64,000 nt of DNA from Schmidtea nova (Eukaryota), in the NCBI GenBank assembly GCA_044892505.1, contig CM097882.1:280674001-280738000 (forward strand), given 5' to 3'. The first letter of the stretch is position 1, and each line of letters starts with the position of its first letter. Below, piece by piece: positions 58,901 to 64,000 of the stretch. The notes under the pieces are model-generated. The model made no database searches, was not told the origin of the DNA, and was given only the letters and a program-made list of their open reading frames with translations. Both the position numbers and the translations under genes were made by a program.

Positions 58901-59920
58901 ATGACAGTTCAAATGTGTAAATTAGTAAATGATAGAAAACAAAACGCACGAAAACGCAAAGTAAGATATAATGTAGTGTCCGTTGACATCAAATACAGCC
59001 AAAAGGCATATGAAAATGTTTATAACCCAGATAAAAAGAAACCCGTTTCTTTAATAAATCATGGGGTCAACTGTTACATGAATGCTGCTATCCAAAGCAT
59101 TTTCTCTCCCCTACAAATAATTTACGAAAGAGAGAATAATATGACTATTCCCACTGACTGTGGAGCTTTGACTTTACTAAAGAATATAATGAACTCATAT
59201 GAAAATGAAGAAAGATTTTCTATTCGAGAATGCATTTCTAAATTTTCAAAGCTCGAGTATTTCGGTAGTCAATTGTCCTGGAATCAACAGGAAGATGCTC
59301 ATGAGTTTCTGAATAGTTTTCTTGACAAGTTGTCTAAAGAATTAGGGCGGGTGTCGAAATCGTTCAAAATGCCTTTTGAGAGTGCACATGATTCTCGTTT
59401 CTATTGCGACAATTGTGGAAAGTCCAATACTTCAGAAGGTTCGAGTCTGGTAAAAGAGAAAGTTCTATTTGTGGATGTTGGAAAGAACATGAATGAAATG
59501 GTTGAGAAATCAACAAGTAACAAGGTCAATGGATTTAGTTGTGAAAATTGTGGAACAAAAGGTACAGCCAGTAACAAAACGGTCTTTTCAGAACTACCAG
59601 AATTTTTAATTATTTGCATCAAAAGATTTACCTATGCTTCGTATTATCAAAATGCAAAGAATTCAGAAAAAATTGAAATTGAAGAATATATTTCTGTTCC
59701 ACTTCAACAAAACGACACAGTCAAACAAACACAGTATGAATTAATTTCAATAGTAAATCATCACGGAGGGCTTTTTGGGGGGCATTATAATAATTTTTTA
59801 AAACATCAGAACGTTTGGTACTCGGCAGACGATGAATCTGTAACTGAGGTTAGCTTAGATAAGGCCGTGAGCAGTTCTGAATGTTCATGTTATATACAAG
59901 TTTATGCAAGGAGAAACTAG
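58901..59920 (+). CDS. USP deubiquitinase, array copy 17
   Basis: Protein identical to copy 1. Confidence 0.95.
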   Translation: MTVQMCKLVNDRKQNARKRKVRYNVVSVDIKYSQKAYENVYNPDKKKPVSLINHGVNCYMNAAIQSIFSPLQIIYERENNMTIPTDCGALTLLKNIMNSYENEERFSIRECISKFSKLEYFGSQLSWNQQEDAHEFLNSFLDKLSKELGRVSKSFKMPFESAHDSRFYCDNCGKSNTSEGSSLVKEKVLFVDVGKNMNEMVEKSTSNKVNGFSCENCGTKGTASNKTVFSELPEFLIICIKRFTYASYYQNAKNSEKIEIEEYISVPLQQNDTVKQTQYELISIVNHHGGLFGGHYNNFLKHQNVWYSADDESVTEVSLDKAVSSSECSCYIQVYARRN

Positions 59921-60513
59921 TGTAATTTATTTTATAATAATTATTAAAATTATGGGGTTTGTTTATATTTCAATTTATAATATCGATTTTATTATTGCAA
60001 TTAATTTGTATGTATTTATCTATAATTTACAAATAATAAATTATAAAAATATAATTTTTTCAAATTTATTTAAAGTAAATAATAAAATTAGTAATATTAA
60101 CGCTGTTTGTATATTAATTATTAAATAAATGCTATTAATTGTATTTGTGTAAATTGGTTTCAATCTTTGCTTTTTTAACTTTTATTAGTATTTGAGAAAT
60201 AGTAAATCTTTTCTGCAATTTTTTTATAATTGTTTCTTATTTAAATTGTACACTTTATTCTCTTAAAAATTATATTCACATTTCTAAAGTGCAATAATAT
60301 TTTTAATCTATTAACAAACGATGAATATTCTAGGCAATGCATTTTATTTGCTTAAAATATCTGATTTCAACAAATCAAATCATTCGATGAAAAACTATAA
60401 ATACTGAATACTAACTTCAATTTGTCTTTATTAGTAAACTGAATTTGATTAAGACGAATAAACTGAAAACTTTGACTAGTGAAATTATATATTATTAATA
60501 TATAATTTCTATA

Positions 60514-60553
<40 letters not shown>

Positions 60554-61546
60554 TATTTAAAAAGAATAATATTTTACTATTATTAATATATAATTATATT
60601 TTAACATTTGATTTGTTTAATGGACTTTTTAACTAAATGTTAATATTTTGATTGAATTATTATACGCATTGCACTAATTATAAATATCAATGAACTCAAA
60701 GTGCTTCAAAAGTAAGTAAACTTGGTTAATAGTGACTAGTAATATAATTACTGATAGATTCTTGTAGAGGATTTTATGCCGCGTCTGATGATGTGAAAAT
60801 GAATTCGATAGGCCGTTTCAATTGGTGGAAAAAGTGAAAATTTTGAAAAACAATAATTTCGTAATTATTTGCATGTTTTCTTGTAAAGTAGAATATTTCA
60901 AGTCAAACAAACTAGGTTTGGGTGAAATCTGTTGAGTAGATTGATGAGAAAATTAAAAAGAGTTAAAAGTGGTAATAGTCACAAATTTCATAATTCAATT
61001 TTCAGGCTTTATGATTTTCATCACAAAACTCGAAATTTGATGAAAAATGATAAAATTTAGGAAACAATTTCATTTTATGTTTTTGCACTTTTGTGTGCAC
61101 CTTAAATTAAATAATATTTAAGAGACTAAATATTTACCCTGAAAATAGTGTGCTGATAATTTATCATCAAAATACCTAAAATTACTACTAGTAAAACATA
61201 GATTTCACCCTTTCTTCACTTTTGAAATAAAATATCGATTTTGCACTGACAAATCAATATTATCCATAACTTGCATTTAAATTGCCACAAGTTCCATTTG
61301 AAAAAACGTTTAATAGCACAAATTCGGCACTTTGTATGCGGTTCAGAAATCAGACCAAATTATATGGAAATAGATGTATGAAACGTTTAACTGCCTCTTT
61401 TCGTTTAATTATATTTTGATATAATAATTATATTATTATTCCGTTAATAAACTAGTAATATTTCAAATAAATAAAAAGAATATTTTCACCAGTATTATTT
61501 GTATTGGTAATTATATATTAAACATCTTTAAAAAAGTTGTATAACA

Positions 61547-62566
61547 ATGACAGTTCAAATGTGTAAATTAGTAAATGATAGAAAACAAAACGCACGAAAA
61601 CGCAAAGTAAGATATAATGTAGTGTCCGTTGACATCAAATACAGCCAAAAGGCATATGAAAATGTTTATAACCCAGATAAAAAGAAACCCGTTTCTTTAA
61701 TAAATCATGGGGTCAACTGTTACATGAATGCTGCTATCCAAAGCATTTTCTCTCCCCTACAAATAATTTACGAAAGAGAGAATAATATGACTATTCCCAC
61801 TGACTGTGGAGCTTTGACTTTACTAAAGAATATAATGAACTCATATGAAAATGAAGAAAGATTTTCTATTCGAGAATGCATTTCTAAATTTTCAAAGCTC
61901 GAGTATTTCGGTAGTCAATTGTCCTGGAATCAACAGGAAGATGCTCATGAGTTTCTGAATAGTTTTCTTGACAAGTTGTCTAAAGAATTAGGGCGGGTGT
62001 CGAAATCGTTCAAAATGCCTTTTGAGAGTGCACATGATTCTCGTTTCTATTGCGACAATTGTGGAAAGTCCAATACTTCAGAAGGTTCGAGTCTGGTAAA
62101 AGAGAAAGTTCTATTTGTGGATGTTGGAAAGAACATGAATGAAATGGTTGAGAAATCAACAAGTAACAAGGTCAATGGATTTAGTTGTGAAAATTGTGGA
62201 ACAAAAGGTACAGCCAGTAACAAAACGGTCTTTTCAGAACTACCAGAATTTTTAATTATTTGCATCAAAAGATTTACCTATGCTTCGTATTATCAAAATG
62301 CAAAGAATTCAGAAAAAATTGAAATTGAAGAATATATTTCTGTTCCACTTCAACAAAACGACACAGTCAAACAAACACAGTATGAATTAATTTCAATAGT
62401 AAATCATCACGGAGGGCTTTTTGGGGGGCATTATAATAATTTTTTAAAACATCAGAACGTTTGGTACTCGGCAGACGATGAATCTGTAACTGAGGTTAGC
62501 TTAGATAAGGCCGTGAGCAGTTCTGAATGTTCATGTTATATACAAGTTTATGCAAGGAGAAACTAG
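61547..62566 (+). CDS. USP deubiquitinase, array copy 18
   Basis: Protein identical to copy 1. Confidence 0.95.
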   Translation: MTVQMCKLVNDRKQNARKRKVRYNVVSVDIKYSQKAYENVYNPDKKKPVSLINHGVNCYMNAAIQSIFSPLQIIYERENNMTIPTDCGALTLLKNIMNSYENEERFSIRECISKFSKLEYFGSQLSWNQQEDAHEFLNSFLDKLSKELGRVSKSFKMPFESAHDSRFYCDNCGKSNTSEGSSLVKEKVLFVDVGKNMNEMVEKSTSNKVNGFSCENCGTKGTASNKTVFSELPEFLIICIKRFTYASYYQNAKNSEKIEIEEYISVPLQQNDTVKQTQYELISIVNHHGGLFGGHYNNFLKHQNVWYSADDESVTEVSLDKAVSSSECSCYIQVYARRN

Positions 62567-63159
62567 TGTAATTTATTTTATAATAATTATTAAAATTATG
62601 GGGTTTGTTTATATTTCAATTTATAATATCGATTTTATTATTGCAATTAATTTGTATGTATTTATCTATAATTTACAAATAATAAATTATAAAAATATAA
62701 TTTTTTCAAATTTATTTAAAGTAAATAATAAAATTAGTAATATTAACGCTGTTTGTATATTAATTATTAAATAAATGCTATTAATTGTATTTGTGTAAAT
62801 TGGTTTCAATCTTTGCTTTTTTAACTTTTATTAGTATTTGAGAAATAGTAAATCTTTTCTGCAATTTTTTTATAATTGTTTCTTATTTAAATTGTACACT
62901 TTATTCTCTTAAAAATTATATTCACATTTCTAAAGTGCAATAATATTTTTAATCTATTAACAAACGATGAATATTCTAGGCAATGCATTTTATTTGCTTA
63001 AAATATCTGATTTCAACAAATCAAATCATTCGATGAAAAACTATAAATACTGAATACTAACTTCAATTTGTCTTTATTAGTAAACTGAATTTGATTAAGA
63101 CGAATAAACTGAAAACTTTGACTAGTGAAATTATATATTATTAATATATAATTTCTATA

Positions 63160-63199
<40 letters not shown>

Positions 63200-64000
63200 T
63201 ATTTAAAAAGAATAATATTTTACTATTATTAATATATAATTATATTTTAACATTTGATTTGTTTAATGGACTTTTTAACTAAATGTTAATATTTTGATTG
63301 AATTATTATACGCATTGCACTAATTATAAATATCAATGAACTCAAAGTGCTTCAAAAGTAAGTAAACTTGGTTAATAGTGACTAGTAATATAATTACTGA
63401 TAGATTCTTGTAGAGGATTTTATGCCGCGTCTGATGATGTGAAAATGAATTCGATAGGCCGTTTCAATTGGTGGAAAAAGTGAAAATTTTGAAAAACAAT
63501 AATTTCGTAATTATTTGCATGTTTTCTTGTAAAGTAGAATATTTCAAGTCAAACAAACTAGGTTTGGGTGAAATCTGTTGAGTAGATTGATGAGAAAATT
63601 AAAAAGAGTTAAAAGTGGTAATAGTCACAAATTTCATAATTCAATTTTCAGGCTTTATGATTTTCATCACAAAACTCGAAATTTGATGAAAAATGATAAA
63701 ATTTAGGAAACAATTTCATTTTATGTTTTTGCACCTTTGTGTGCACCTTAAATTAAATAATATTTAAGAGACTAAATATTTACCCTGAAAATAGTGTGCT
63801 GATAATTTATCATCAAAATACCTAAAATTACTACTAGTAAAACATAGATTTCACCCTTTCTTCACTTTTGAAATAAAATATCGATTTTGCACTGACAAAT
63901 CAATATTATCCATAACTTGCATTTAAATTGCCACAAGTTCCATTTGAAAAAACGTTTAATAGCACAAATTCGGCACTTTGTATGCGGTTCAGAAATCAGA

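Larger units (their letters stand above)
40311..64000 (+). repeat. Tandem gene array, right arm: ~9 copies of the 2646-bp unit
   Basis: USP ATGs every 2646 bp from 40379 to 61547; the array continues past the window end. Confidence 0.99.

Overview
AT-rich eukaryotic (probably invertebrate animal) genomic DNA with two components. (1) A head-to-tail tandem array of a 2640-2646 bp unit, nearly identical between copies. It holds 18 complete copies of an intronless 339-aa ubiquitin-specific protease (USP, peptidase C19) gene with an intact Cys58/His295/Asp310 triad, and it runs off both window edges. (2) A single, apparently complete 16,242-bp Polinton/Maverick (endogenous polintovirus) at 24069-40310. 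It has AGTAGG...CCTACT ends, a perfect 6-bp AATATT target-site duplication and ~1.7-kb terminal inverted repeats (TIRs), and it is inserted 62 bp upstream of one USP start codon. It encodes protein-primed PolB (with an OTU-like domain), a chromodomain integrase, packaging ATPase, adenain protease, and major and minor capsid proteins. Unusual extras are a TBP-like protein, a gene duplicated inside both TIRs, dense AP-1/CRE site arrays in the TIRs, and a four-exon gene missed by the ORF track that carries three tandem SUMO-interacting-like motifs. Six spliceosomal introns were inferred by hand; five are 39-54 nt. A 311-nt N gap hides the PolB stop codon. All protein identifications are from motif recognition by eye; no database search was run.
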